Positions 1 through 10,937 of a stretch of DNA of 64,000 nt are shown here, piece by piece. The position numbers and the translations under genes are program-made. Where the stretch lies: NCBI GenBank assembly GCA_026936335.1, contig JAPMXV010000060.1:260435-324434 (forward strand). The letters are read 5' to 3'. The notes beneath the pieces are model-generated. The model ran no database searches and was not told where the DNA came from. It saw nothing but the letters and a program-made list of their open reading frames with translations. Numbering within the stretch: the stretch's first letter is position 1; the number at the start of each line of letters is the position of its first letter. Source of the DNA: Mantamonas sphyraenae STR306 (Eukaryota; Protista; CRuMs).

Positions 1-70
1 TGGCGCTCACACCACACAAACCCCTCGACCTTGTTTTTTCCCGCCCCGCATCGACGCACTCCACACACAG

Positions 71-2000
71 ATCATGGCTCTGTACAACGATGAGGACGGC
101 ACCTTCCGCAGCTCCGAGGACAGCGAGGATGCAGCCCCCATGAACGCCGCCTATGCGCTGAACGCCCTGGCTGCCCTCAAGGCAACGTGAGTCGTAATTG
201 CCGCTTTTCCCCTCTCCTGCGCCTGCAGGCGCCATGGCCACGCGTGTGGCGCAAGCGACGCCGCATGCAGGCACAACCACGTGTCAAGTAGGCCCTTATG
301 CGAGTTTGCACATGATCATGTCCCTGTGTGGACGAGCAGACCGCCGCGAAAAGTGGACGACGTGCGACACGGCCAACTGACACACCTCTGCGCGCGGGCC
401 TCACGCACACGCACACACCCACAGCCTGGCCGACTCGGTGCAACTGGATGAGGCCGACAACGAGCAGATTGTCGGTGTGGGCGACAAGATCGAGAGCTTC
501 CTGGAGACGGCAGAGGGAGAGGATCTGTTGTCCTTTTCCGATAACGCCAACTCGCTCAAGGCCACATCCATGATTGTGTCCGGCATTGTGCGCCTGAGCA
601 AGGCACTGGGCACTCCTCTTCAGATCAGCGGGGTAAGCTATGGTGGCGGTTTGCGGGGGAAGGGGGAGAGGAGGGAGAGGGGAGGAGGGTTGTTGCCCAC
701 GGAGGCTCACACACACACACACACACACACACTGACTGCGCCACAGGAGCAAATGGCCAAGTTTGCAGAGTACCTGGTGGAGAACAAGAACGTGGGTACG
801 CTGGAGAACGCTCACTACGTGCTGGAGGGCCTGAACGCGTGCGCGACCAACCATCTGCACGTGCCGCTCGTGGCCGTGGTGACGCAGGGGAGCGTGCTGA
901 CGGCAGGCAGCAAGGGCGATGCGGGCCTGATCAAGGTGCGCGTGACAGACGTGATGGGCAAGGCCGTCTCGGGCGCCTCGGTGTCTCTGAACAAGGCGTT
1001 TGCGTCGGAGAAGGAGGACGCGCAGCTGATGGGCAACCAGAAGCTGTCCGCTGACGCCAACGGCGACGCGGCACTGAACTTTATTGGAGCCAAGCCTGCG
1101 CCGGGATACTACACGATCGACCTGCGCATCGAGCCGGCTGGCGACGACGCACGATACGAGGAGGTGGAGAGCACGCAGCGCATCGTCAAGGTGGTGACAT
1201 CTGCAGCCATGCACAGCTTCGAAATGATTGCATCCGACTCGGCCAACGAGCTGGAGGGAGCCAACCGACGCGTGTACACTGCGTCGCACCCGGGTATGGT
1301 GGGCGACGAGGTGCAGGTGGACGAGTCGCAGTTTCTGCACTTCAACTTCCGCGTGCGCAACACGCAGACCAACAAGATGATGGATTCGCTGCATCAGACC
1401 TTTGTGCGTTTCACTAACGACAAGACGGGCAAGGAGGTGCTGTTCCACGCACGCGTGCAGGGCAGGAAGTTCAAGCGCTCCGTGTCGATCAAGGAGGAGA
1501 GCGAGGCGTTCACCACCGGCACATACACCGTGTCTGTGCTCGTGGGCGACATGTTTGTGAAGAACGCCATCACTTGGCCCGTGGCCAAGGTGGCCATCAA
1601 CGTTGCCGACCCTGTCCTGGACGACGCCGTCGACGAAGAGACCATCTACGAGCCCCGACCGGTGATTGAGCACGTGTATCGCACGCCCGACTCGCGCCCG
1701 CCCGAAATGGTGTCGTTTGCCTTTACGGCTCTGGTCCTGTCGCCGCTGCTGCTGCTGTTTGTGCGACTGGGACAGGTCGGTGCCAACATCAATGGCATGC
1801 CCAAGGGTGTCAAGGGCATGTACGCCTTGGGCTTTGTGGCATCCATTGCTGCCATCATGGTGCTGTACGCCACCTACTGGCTCATGCTCAACATGTTCCA
1901 GTGCCTGACGATCCTCGGTGTCATCTCTGTGCCCACCTACTTCCTTGGCTGGCTCACCCTCAGCGCCCTCAACGAGGAGCGCCAGAAGCGCGGCGACTGA
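71..2000 (+). CDS. RPN2: Dolichyl-diphosphooligosaccharide-protein glycosyltransferase subunit 2 (ribophorin II/Swp1), 5'-truncated by window edge
   Basis: Exons 71-186, 425-632, 747-2000 join in frame across GT-AG introns. Motifs HQTFVRF, YEPRPVIEHVYRTPDSRPP and three C-terminal TM helices (LYATYWLMLNMFQ) are typical of ribophorin II. Confidence 0.9.
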
Positions 2001-2214
2001 TCGGCTGATCGGCTTTCCCGAGCCGCTCCCAGATCACACAGAGATCAGAAGAGGCACACGGAAATGGGTGGGTGAGTGGGTGGGTGTGGGAGAAGTGGAT
2101 GTTGAAGAAGAGAAGAAAGGTTTGAATTGTCGAATTGGCTCAGCTCGAGTGGGATTCCAGGGTTGGGTTGGGAGTGTGGGATGCACAGTGTCAACCAACT
2201 GTTGTTGGTTGTGG

Positions 2215-3090
2215 TCAGTCGTCCAGGTCGTCCAGGAAGGAACCCTTGGAAGCCTTGGCGGCCTTCTTCTTGCTGATGAGGGCACCGAGATTGGCGAGGT
2301 CGCCGAGACCCGAGTCGTCGCTGGATTTTGTGGAGACAGAGGCAAAGAGGTCATCATCGACGGCTGTGGCAGAGGAGCCGCCGAAAAGGGAGTCTTCATC
2401 GTCGTCGACGTCGTCAAAGAGGGAAGACTTTTTGATCTGTGTTTTGCGTGTGGACTGGTTTGCACTGGCCTCCTGCGACTGGACAAGCTCCTCTGCACTG
2501 CTGATGTCATCCTCCTCCAGCAGAATGCTGTCCTTCTTGATGCGCATGGGCCGAGACACCTTCTTGCGGGACGTCTTGCCAAAGAGGTCCTTTTCGGTGT
2601 CCCTGACTCGCTTGTCCTTGCTCGCCACCTTGAGCAGCTTGGAGTCGGCGTCAAGGGCGTCCAGAAAATCGTCCTCATCCTCAGCCTCGTCGTCGCCATT
2701 GTCCAAATTGTCAAACAGAGACTGCTTCTTGACTACGGGACCCTTGTGCGCATCATCATCCTCGGCCGCAGCGTCGTCTTCTCCCGACAGTTGTGCCTCC
2801 AGGGCGTCTTCGTCCTCGGATTGGACCCCGCCAAAGATGTCGTCGTCATCATCGTCATCATCGTCGCCTTTGTCCTCTGCATTGCTGGCTTCTGTGCTTG
2901 TTTCATCAGCGACTGGCTCTGGCTCGGGCTCGGGTTCAGAGCTGGCCTCAAACTCGGCTTCGAGCTCGGCCCGCGCCTGCTCAGCCTCCTCTTGCACCTT
3001 GCGCAGGCGTTCGCGCTCCTGTTCCGCGACCCATTCCGGGTCTGGATTGCCGAGCGGATCATACTGCACTTTCTGGCCTCGGAGCGACAT
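2215..3090 (-). CDS. Acidic, low-complexity protein with multiple L-F-acidic motifs (FAM21-tail/HS1BP3-like)
   Basis: 291-aa ATG ORF with coding-like composition. Repeated DIFGG, SLFD, DLFG and LFDDVDDDEDSLF motifs. No globular domain recognised. Confidence 0.6.
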   Translation of the reverse strand: MSLRGQKVQYDPLGNPDPEWVAEQERERLRKVQEEAEQARAELEAEFEASSEPEPEPEPVADETSTEASNAEDKGDDDDDDDDDIFGGVQSEDEDALEAQLSGEDDAAAEDDDAHKGPVVKKQSLFDNLDNGDDEAEDEDDFLDALDADSKLLKVASKDKRVRDTEKDLFGKTSRKKVSRPMRIKKDSILLEEDDISSAEELVQSQEASANQSTRKTQIKKSSLFDDVDDDEDSLFGGSSATAVDDDLFASVSTKSSDDSGLGDLANLGALISKKKAAKASKGSFLDDLDD

Positions 3091-3154
3091 TGCAACGCAG
3101 CAAGGGGAGACGGGTTGTGTGCGCTTGCGGCGGCGCCGGCAAGGATTCTCGTCG

Positions 3155-3914
3155 ATGAGCTACGCGGCAGGACCCAAGTTCTGGGACAGGCGATACCGCA
3201 ACGACAGGGAGCCGTTTGAATGGTACATGAGCTACCACGACGGCCTGAAGGAGGAGCTGAGGCCGCAGCTGGAGAACTTTGAGTCACCAGCGATTCTGTA
3301 CGTGGGTTGCGGAACGAGCGACCTGGTCAGCGACTTGTACAAGGACGGATTCAAGATTGTGACTGCCATCGACCAAAGCAAAGTAGCCATTGAGTTGCAG
3401 AAAAAGGCGAGCTCCGAGCTGCAGGGGGTCGAGTGTACGTGGAAGAGAAGCCGAAGGCTGGGCGACCCGAGTTGGAGGGAACGAGGCTTTGCTCTGACAC
3501 TGTGCGTTTGGACGCGGGGGGCGTATTGGACGAACCACACACACACACACACACACATACACACATACGCATACACGCACAGTTCACGTGATGGACGCAT
3601 TCGAGATGCCCGAGCTGGGCGACCACTCGTTTGACGTAGTCCTGGAAAAGGCCACGGTGGACAGCGTGCTCACAGGCGATGGGTCGTTCAAAAAGGTGGA
3701 GACACTGCTGAGCGAAGTGTCACGCGTACTCACCGAATCGGGGGTCTTTATTTCTGTGAGTTTCGGGACACCAGACACGCGTTTGGAGCACCTGGAGAAG
3801 AAGGCGTTTGGCTGGCAGGTGAGCACACGCAAGATCGTCCTGGAGACGGTGGGCGAGGAGCCCGAACCGGTCGAGTACTATGTGTATGTGTGTCAACGAC
3901 AGAGCAATGCATGA
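3155..3914 (+). CDS. SAM-dependent methyltransferase, EEF1AKMT4/METTL13 N-terminal-domain family
   Basis: Exons 3155-3434 and 3583-3914. Motifs FWDRRY...FEWY, motif I (LYVGCGTS) and FDVVLEKATVD. Confidence 0.85.
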
Positions 3915-3951
3915 GAACTGAGAGGAGGATGAGCATGCACTACTTTCGTGC

Positions 3952-5469
3952 TCACTTGTTGTCGTAGCGAACTTCCAGGTTGCGTCCACCGTAGTCCTTG
4001 TTGTCCAGGACGCGGATGGCCTCGTCGGCGTCGCTGCGGGAGGCCACCTTGACAATGCCCCAGCCCTTGCTCTTGCCATCGTCACGGTACATGACGTCAG
4101 CGTGGAGCACCTTGACCACTGCGTTGAAGAGATCCTTGAGATCCTTCCAGTCAGCCTCCCAGGGCAGGTTGCCCACGTAGAGAGACACCTCACCATGAGA
4201 GTAAGAGCCGCCGTCGTTGCTGCGCGAGTTGCTGCTGCTGCGCGGGCCCGAGGGAACGCGGTTGTTGTTGTTGTTGTTGTTGTTGTAGTTGTTGTTGCCA
4301 CCCCTGTTGCTGTTGTAGTTGCTGTTGCTGTTGCTGTTGCTGCTCTTGCTGTTGTAGTTTCCGCTGTTGCTGCTCTTGCTGTTTCCGCCCGAGCCACCTG
4401 CACGCACGTAGTTTTTGTCCTCCCAATCCTGGCGCACCTGGATGGGACGGCCCTGCAGCTCGCTGTCATGCAGCGACTCGATGGCCTCGTACGCGTCCTC
4501 AAAGTTGGTGTACTCGACAATACTGTGGTTGGTGCATGTGCATGTGCATGTGTCGTGTGCCGTGTGTGTGTGTAACAACCCCACCCCCCCAAAAAAGGCT
4601 CCTGGTCAGCACTTCCACCCCCATCCATCCACAGCCTCCACCACCCACGGCCATGACCACCGCGACACACACACACTGTCAAAGGTTCAACGTGTCCGCT
4701 TCCCCCCTTTCCAGTGGAGGACCAAGGGGTGTGTGCCATCATGTCCTCCGTCCCAATCCACCCACCACCACTCCTCCTCTCCTCCATTCAACGCACGCTG
4801 CTCCCGAGCTCAGGCCATCACGGCGTGTGAGCGGTTTGACAAAGGCAACCTCGCCAGCCTGGCGCATGTGATCCTTGAGATCCTGCCTGTGTGTGCATGT
4901 GTGCGTGTGTGTGTGTGGGAGGGGGGTTGCAGACGGCGTGTGAGTGTGGCGCCAAAAACGCGCCCAGGCTGAGGTTGAGATCACAGCGCTCAACGCACCA
5001 CGAGGCGCGGTACGGCAGGTTGCCGACGTAGATGCGGTTGCTGACCAGGACACCGTTGACGTAGCCAACCGTGTCATTGTTTTCCTCATCGTCGCTCCAG
5101 TTGCTGTTGTTGCGACGGCTCTGTGGGCGGGAGAGAGGGTCAGAGCGCATTGGGACGCGCGCGCTGTGTCAGATCAGCCTCCGTGGGAGCCCGAGGCGAC
5201 GGCGCTGCCGTCTGCAAAAGGGGCAGCAGAGCTGGATGGACGTGGCGCACATCCAATGGGCGCCTGTGCATGGCAAAGCGTACGTTGTAGGGACGGCTGT
5301 CGTTGCCACCGCCGCGGTTGTTGTTGAAGCTGCGCTTGGCCTTGCCACCGCCGCTTCCGCCCTGGGAGCGGCCGTACTTGCGCGTGCTGGTGCGCGTGTC
5401 GCCATCGGTGGCAATCACGTCGTCCAGCGAGCTGTTCAGCTTCTTGTTCAGGCTTTCGTCACGCGACAT
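3952..5469 (-). CDS. RRM RNA-binding protein, Gbp2/Hrb1/hnRNP-M-like (multi-exon)
   Basis: Two RRMs (IYVGNLPYRASWQDLKD across an intron; LYVGNLPWEADWKDLKD...SKGWGIV), an Asn-rich linker, and N-terminal LNSSLDDVI resembling a UAP56-binding motif. Confidence 0.8.
4261..4385. repeat. Coding (GTT/GCT)n trinucleotide microsatellite giving a poly-Asn/Ser linker
   Basis: Run gttgttgttgttg... lies in the last exon of the RRM gene. Confidence 0.8.
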
Positions 5470-5540
5470 GCTGAGAAAAGAAATGAGGTGGTGGCGCCCC
5501 ACGCGCTGCCGTGGGCAAAACTTTTTGCTCCTGCCCTGTC

Positions 5541-8011
5541 ATGCAAGTGCCCGACTACAGCGAGACGCAGCCTCTCAATGACTCGGACGACTCGTCAGAG
5601 GACATGGAGCCGTACCGTGGGCTGAAGGCAAACACGGCAAGTTCGGGCAACGAGAATCCGCACATTGGCAACTTGGGTGGACGCGTGAGCTCGCGCCTCC
5701 ATGCGTCTGCGTCCATGTTCCAGAACCTGGACCTGTTTTTCACCCGAGTGTACGACTATTACCAAAAGAACGGTTATTACAACGCCGTGCTGGCTGGTTG
5801 CCTGCACATTGTGTACGTTTTAGCCCCCGAGTGCGGGGCACAGGGTGCATGCGAGCGTGTGCATGGATGTGGGCGGTCTGTGTCGGAGAGAGTGTGCAAA
5901 AGATGCGTTGGTGGGCATGCGCAGCCTTGAGAAGCGCGGAGCGTTGGAAGAGAGGGCCGGGAAGATGGAGCAATTCCGCTGACGCCGTTTGGCGTTTGTT
6001 TTTTCTGCCGTTTCCCGCTACACAGCAACTTGGCGTTCATTATTGGCTTCACGACGTTTCTCATTGGCTTTGTGGACTACCCCGTACTGTTCAAGACGTA
6101 CGACTTGGCCAAGGCCATGCACCAGAACGAGGTGGCCGACGTGCACCCCGTCGTGGTCGTCTTTCTCGTGGTGTTCATCGTCTGGTGGCTTGCGCAGCTG
6201 GTCACCTTTCTGCGCGACGTGCGCAGCTACGGCGAACTGTACACGTACTTTAACGACGACCTGAAGATCGAAGAGGTAAGGGACACAGAGCGAGGGTGGG
6301 TGGCCCGTAGGAGCTGCACGCTGGCAAAGCAGGGCCGGGAAGCGGGATTTTTCCGGAAGTTGGCCATTTTCACTGACACTCGGTTTTGCCACCGTGCACG
6401 CCACAGAAAATGCTCCAAACCATGAAGTGGTCCGAGGTTGTGGATCACATCATCGAGTTTCACAACAACAACTCTGTGATTCGGTTCCAGATCGACGAGC
6501 TGGGTGAGTTTTGTCCGCACAGTGCGACGAGATGGGAGTGCGGGTGGCTGAGAAACAAAGCCACAGAGGGGCACACACACACACACACACTCACACACGC
6601 ACACTCTACAGCCATTGCCAACTACATCATGCGCAAGGACAACTACATGATTGCTCTGTTCAACCAGGGGGTCGTGCAGTTGGAGACGTCGCTGCTGCCG
6701 TTCCTGAACAACGACACGCTGCTGACGCAGGGTCTGAACTGGAACCTGCAAACGTGTCTGCTGAACAACTTTTTCGCCAACAATGCGCCGATGGAGGACC
6801 TGCTTGCGGTGGGGCGGCGCGCAGAGATGGTGGAGTCGCTGCAGCGATCGTTCCGCCTGTGGGGCATCATCAACATGCTGCTGGCACCCTTTGTGCTCCT
6901 GTTCCTCGTTGTCTACTTTTTCTTCCGCTACACGCAGGAGTTTTACAAGAACCCGAAGAAGCTGGGCATGCGCGAGTGGACCCTGTTTACCAAGTGGCGC
7001 TTCCGCGAGTACAACGAGCTGCCGCACGTGTTTGAGCGGCGCATGCAGCAATCGTACGAGCCTGCAGAACGGTACCTGGTGTACTTCCCGGTGAGCATGT
7101 TGACGACGTGTGCGCGCTTTGTGTCGTTTGTGAGCGGAGCGTTTGCGGCGGTGCTGCTGTGCCTGTCCATCATGGACGAACACCTGCTGTTGCGCATGGA
7201 GATTGGCGGCAAGGCAACGGTGTGGTGGATCGGTGTGTTGGGCACGGTGTTTGCTGTGTCGCGTTCGTACATCCCAGAGGAAAACAGGGTGTACGACCCG
7301 AACAACCTCATGCGGCAGGTGTCACGCACAGTGCGCTACATTCCGGACCGCTGGCGCCACAAGGCCCACCTGTACACAACACGCGACGAGTTTACAAACA
7401 TGTTCCGCTTCAAGATTGTGGGCTTCGTGCACGAGCTGATGAGCGTGATCTACACGCCTGTGCTGCTGCTGTTTGTGCTGCCGAACCACGCGCAGGCGAT
7501 GGTGGAGTGCATCCAGGCGGTGTCGTACTCGCGACGTGGGCAGGAACCCATCTGCGAGTATGCCACCTTCAACTTTAAAAGCTTTGGTGACGAGCGCTGG
7601 GGTGGGCCCGAGGGAGAGCACGGCCACCTGAAGAGCAGGCACGGCAAGATCGAAAAGAGTTTCCTGAATTTCAAGGCCAACCACCCGCGGTGGAAGCCGA
7701 GCGAGAAGCTGGGCCAGGTGCAGCTGTTGAAGACGCTGCGGGAGCACCAGCAGGTGTACATTGAGCAGCAGCAGCAGCGGCTGGAGTCGATCGACCTGAC
7801 AGCAAGCGTGTTTGCGCCGATTGTGGACAACTTCCAGGTGGAGGCGTCCGCGCGCAGCTTCCGTCTGTCCGACAGTGTGGGCAGCCAGGGCTTTGCTGGT
7901 GAAGTGGGCAGCCAGGAGGTGCACGCGTATGACGTCCTGGACAGCTTTTACGAGGCCAGCTCGAGCTCACGCAACAAGGGCAAGGAGAAGCGAAGGATGG
8001 AGAGTGTGTGA
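5541..8011 (+). CDS. ATG9: Autophagy-related protein 9 (lipid scramblase), multi-exon
   Basis: Motifs NLDLFFTRVYDYYQKNG, IANYIMRKDNYMIA, LTQGLNWNL, REWT...FREYNELPHVF and GKIEKSFLNFKANHPRW. Confidence 0.95.
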
Positions 8012-8077
8012 TTGTCATGCGTGTGTGTTGAATGAAAGGGAATGCAGGCAAACCAAAAAAGAAAAAGAAAGAAGAGA

Positions 8078-8362
8078 GTTCGATTCAGCGACGTCACGAT
8101 TGCCTGTGCGACCAGCTTGTGTAAGCGAGCATGGCGCACACGATCATCCACAACCTGCGGCATATTTCGGCATCCTCCCAGACACGCCTTATGAGGGCGC
8201 GTTGAGCTTTTTGCAAAGAAATGGAGCCAACTACCGAGGTTTTTTCGTCCCGCTCCGGCAACCGGACCATGGTTCATCGTCATCGAAAAGTTTGTTCGTC
8301 AGCTATGATTGACAAAGCTGAAAGTGTTGTTACTTCAGAAATGATCCTATGAAGTTGGTCAA
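8078..8362 (-). ncRNA. U3: U3 snoRNA
   Basis: Minus strand begins TTGACCAACTTCATAGGATCATTTCTGAAG (GAC box, box A', box A). Box C' GATGA at ~8275-8285, box B GAGCGGGAC at ~8247-8255, box C GGATGATCG at 8141-8149, box D GCTGA at 8085-8089. Terminal stem TTCGAT/ATCGAA, followed by a T-rich tract. Confidence 0.92.
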
Positions 8363-8419
8363 CGCCGTCTCGGGACAAGGGGCCATCGGAAAAACATCGG
8401 ACGAGGAGAAACGCTGCGC

Positions 8420-8429
8420 ACTTGCGACC
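8420..8429 (-). promoter_or_regulatory. Candidate proximal sequence element (PSE/USE) of U3: GGTCGCAAGT
   Basis: Identical 10-mer begins 67 nt upstream of U3 and 68 nt upstream of the U1 AACTTACCT. Confidence 0.65.
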
Positions 8430-8766
8430 GGGGCGAAAATGCAGGGCAGTTGCGATTCTTCGCACGGGGCGACATTCGCACAGCTCCGAACGGACACACA
8501 GCGAGGAAAGGAACCAGAATGGCGTCTGCTGAGAAGAGCACGACATGGTGTGCAGTGGCTTGCATGGAAGAAGAGTGGAAAAGAGTGGGCCAATCTGCAC
8601 ACGGCAATGGTGGATGGGAGGGATGAAACGAGATGGAGACAAAGAGGAGAATGGGGAGTGGGAGTGGGGAAAGTGGGATGCAAACGATGCATGTGAAAGA
8701 TGAGGGTGCGGGAGGGGTGGGAGGTGGGTGTGCGGTTGTGCGCCCAACACAACACAGCAACAAATC

Positions 8767-9626
8767 ATGGTCAAGAAAGGTATGAGGATGTGTAGAGGTG
8801 TACAGAGAGAAGGAGAGTGAGGGTGTGCATGGGAGGAGAGATAGGGAAATGTGTGTGGAAGAGGCATGGGCGTGCAGGGACGGTGGCAAGTGGCGGGAGG
8901 CCCCGGAGAGGAGATTGGGCCAACGGCGTTTTCGGGCGGCAGGGGTGGGCAGAAGGGTCGGATGTGGACGGAAGGGGATGGAGGAGATGTGGAGGAGACG
9001 GGCACAGAGGGGAAGGTGGACGGGAGGTGTATAGCGTGTACAGTGTGGGCTGTGGAGGGGCTCAGAGCGCATGCTGGAAAAAATGCATGCGAGGCGGGCG
9101 AGGGTGTTGGCGGCGGCGGAACGGGGGGAGGAGGGAGCGAGAGAAATGGAAGTGGACAGGAGAAGACGGAAGAAGAAGGGGAGCATGGGCTGACACACCA
9201 CACGTTTGGACACACACAGCCATCAGCGCAGCAAACGCCCAGGCGCGCGGCACGAAGAAGAGCCTGCGCAAAATGCACAAGTCGACGACGTTCCACCGTC
9301 CCAAGACTCTGCGTCTGCGCCGTACTCCGCGCTACCTGCGCAGCATCGCCAAGGTGGTGCCCAAGTTTGACGAGTACCAGATCATCCAGTACCCGGTGAC
9401 GACTGAGGACGCTCTGCAGAAGATGGAGGCGACCAACACGCTGACGTTCATTGTGGACCTGCGCTCGAACAAGAACAACATCAAGGAGGCGATGTGGAAG
9501 CTGTACGAGGTCAAGTGCGCCAAGGTGAACACCCTGATCCGCCCGGACGGCCGCAAGAAGGCATTCGTGAAGCTGGCTGGCGACTACGACGCGCTGGAGG
9601 TTGCTGGCAACATTGGCGTGCTTTAA
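8767..9626 (+). CDS. RPL23A: 60S ribosomal protein L23a (uL23), copy 1
   Basis: Exon 1 8767-8779 (ATGGTCAAGAAAG|gtatga), intron 8780-9219 with CTGAC branch, exon 2 9220-9626. Motifs TFHRPKTLRL, NTLTFIVD and KVNTLIRPDGRKKAFVKL. Confidence 0.95.
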
Positions 9627-9746
9627 ATGGCCAAATGTTGTGGGCAGGAATGTACACACTCATTGAAGGGGACCAGTCTGTGTTTGCAAGTTGATTGAGC
9701 GAGGGAAGAGGGTGTGTTTCTTCGCGGTGGAATTGGTTGCACACGT

Positions 9747-10841
9747 TCACTGGCGGTTCTGGCCTGCACGCTGGGCTTCCATCTGCATGCGTTGGAGCTG
9801 AGAGGAAGCAAGGAGAAGGGAGCGGGAGGGTGAGCTGTTGCTGCGAGTGGGCAAGCCAGCGACGAGACGGGCGTGGACGTACCTTTTCCTGGCTGCGCTT
9901 GGACGAAGCACGCATGGTTTCCATGCGCTCCTCGATGGCCTCGCTAATGGAAGTGGATGGGGTGTCACCGGTGTGTACGGCTGTGTCAGCTTTGTGTGTG
10001 GATGGCTGGGTCGCAAGGACAGGGTGCGGCAAAGGACGTACATCTGGCCGTCAATGTGCGACAGGCGCTTATTCACATTGTTGCGTGCCTCGTCCAGATC
10101 CTGCGGCACCAACACTGGTCCCACAAGCTTGAAAACCTCGTCTTCATCCTCCAGTCCCGTCAGTTCCTGAGAGAGAGTGTGTGTGTTGCCAAACCCGCCG
10201 CCGTGTCAGTGACCACGTGTATGTGTGGCTCCAAGGGCCGGTGTGCGCATAGGCGGTCGCACAACAGCCGTGTGGTATCCGTCCAGCTGACAAAGGGGAG
10301 CGGAGCAACCGCGTTGAGGCCTGTTGCCTCCAGCGGTTGGCGGTTGATCAACCCGCGTCCTCCTTCACCCGCTTCACCGACACACGCCATTGCCGTTCAC
10401 GCATGCACACACACACAAACACACACATGTCTATGGACGCACGTGTGACAGCAAACACGGTGTGTGGTGGCCGTCTACTGAGCCAACAGTGTCCACTTTG
10501 TGAACGGCGGCCGTTTCCCGCCCACCTTCACGCCAGCCTTCAGCCTCCCCCTTCTGCATCTCCGCTTTCTACCACACACACACACACACACCGCGCCTCC
10601 AATGCAACGGCACACAACCACTGGCGCATTCACATACATCAAGAACCAGCTGGGTCTCGTTCTTGGACGCAATCAGCGTTTGCAGATTCTGACGCTGAGT
10701 CTCGAGATCTGCGCGGCGGGTTGGCTGGCTGTGTCAGTGCTGGATGGGATTGAGGGTGCAGAGGAGCGGAGGGAGGACACACGCACCTCGCTCCAACTTC
10801 TGGAAGACTTCCACTTCGGCACGGAATGCTTGTTCGCCCAT
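9747..10841 (-). CDS. PFDN6: Prefoldin subunit 6, copy 1 (5 exons)
   Basis: Spliced product MGEQAFRAEVEVFQKLERDLETQRQNLQTLIASKNETQLVLDELTGLEDEDEVFKLVGPVLVPQDLDEARNNVNKRL..., containing the beta-prefoldin hairpin VFKLVGPVLV. Confidence 0.88.
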
Positions 10842-10937
10842 TGTGCTGGAGAGTGCGTTGTTGTGCTGGTTGCCATTGCGATGTCTCGTCGATGTCCACT
10901 CCACAACTACACCTTTACGGTGCCTGTCATCCACACT

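Larger units (their letters stand above)
8609..10898 (+). repeat. Inverted repeat, left arm (~2.3 kb; RPL23A + PFDN6)
   Basis: Near-identical reverse complement of 12024-14319, with scattered substitutions and CA-tract length differences. Confidence 0.97.

Noticed and set aside
8078-8086. GTTCGATTC resembling a tRNA T-loop / B-box
   Set aside because: No cloverleaf around it. It is the reverse complement of the U3 3' terminal stem.
8817-9219. Apparent long N-terminal extension of RPL23A in the ORF track (269 aa)
   Set aside because: It is intron sequence (8780-9219). The real first exon is 8767-8779.
8780-9219. Intronic box C/D snoRNA in the RPL23A intron
   Set aside because: No convincing RTGATGA...CTGA pair with a terminal stem. 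The CTGAC present is the branch point.
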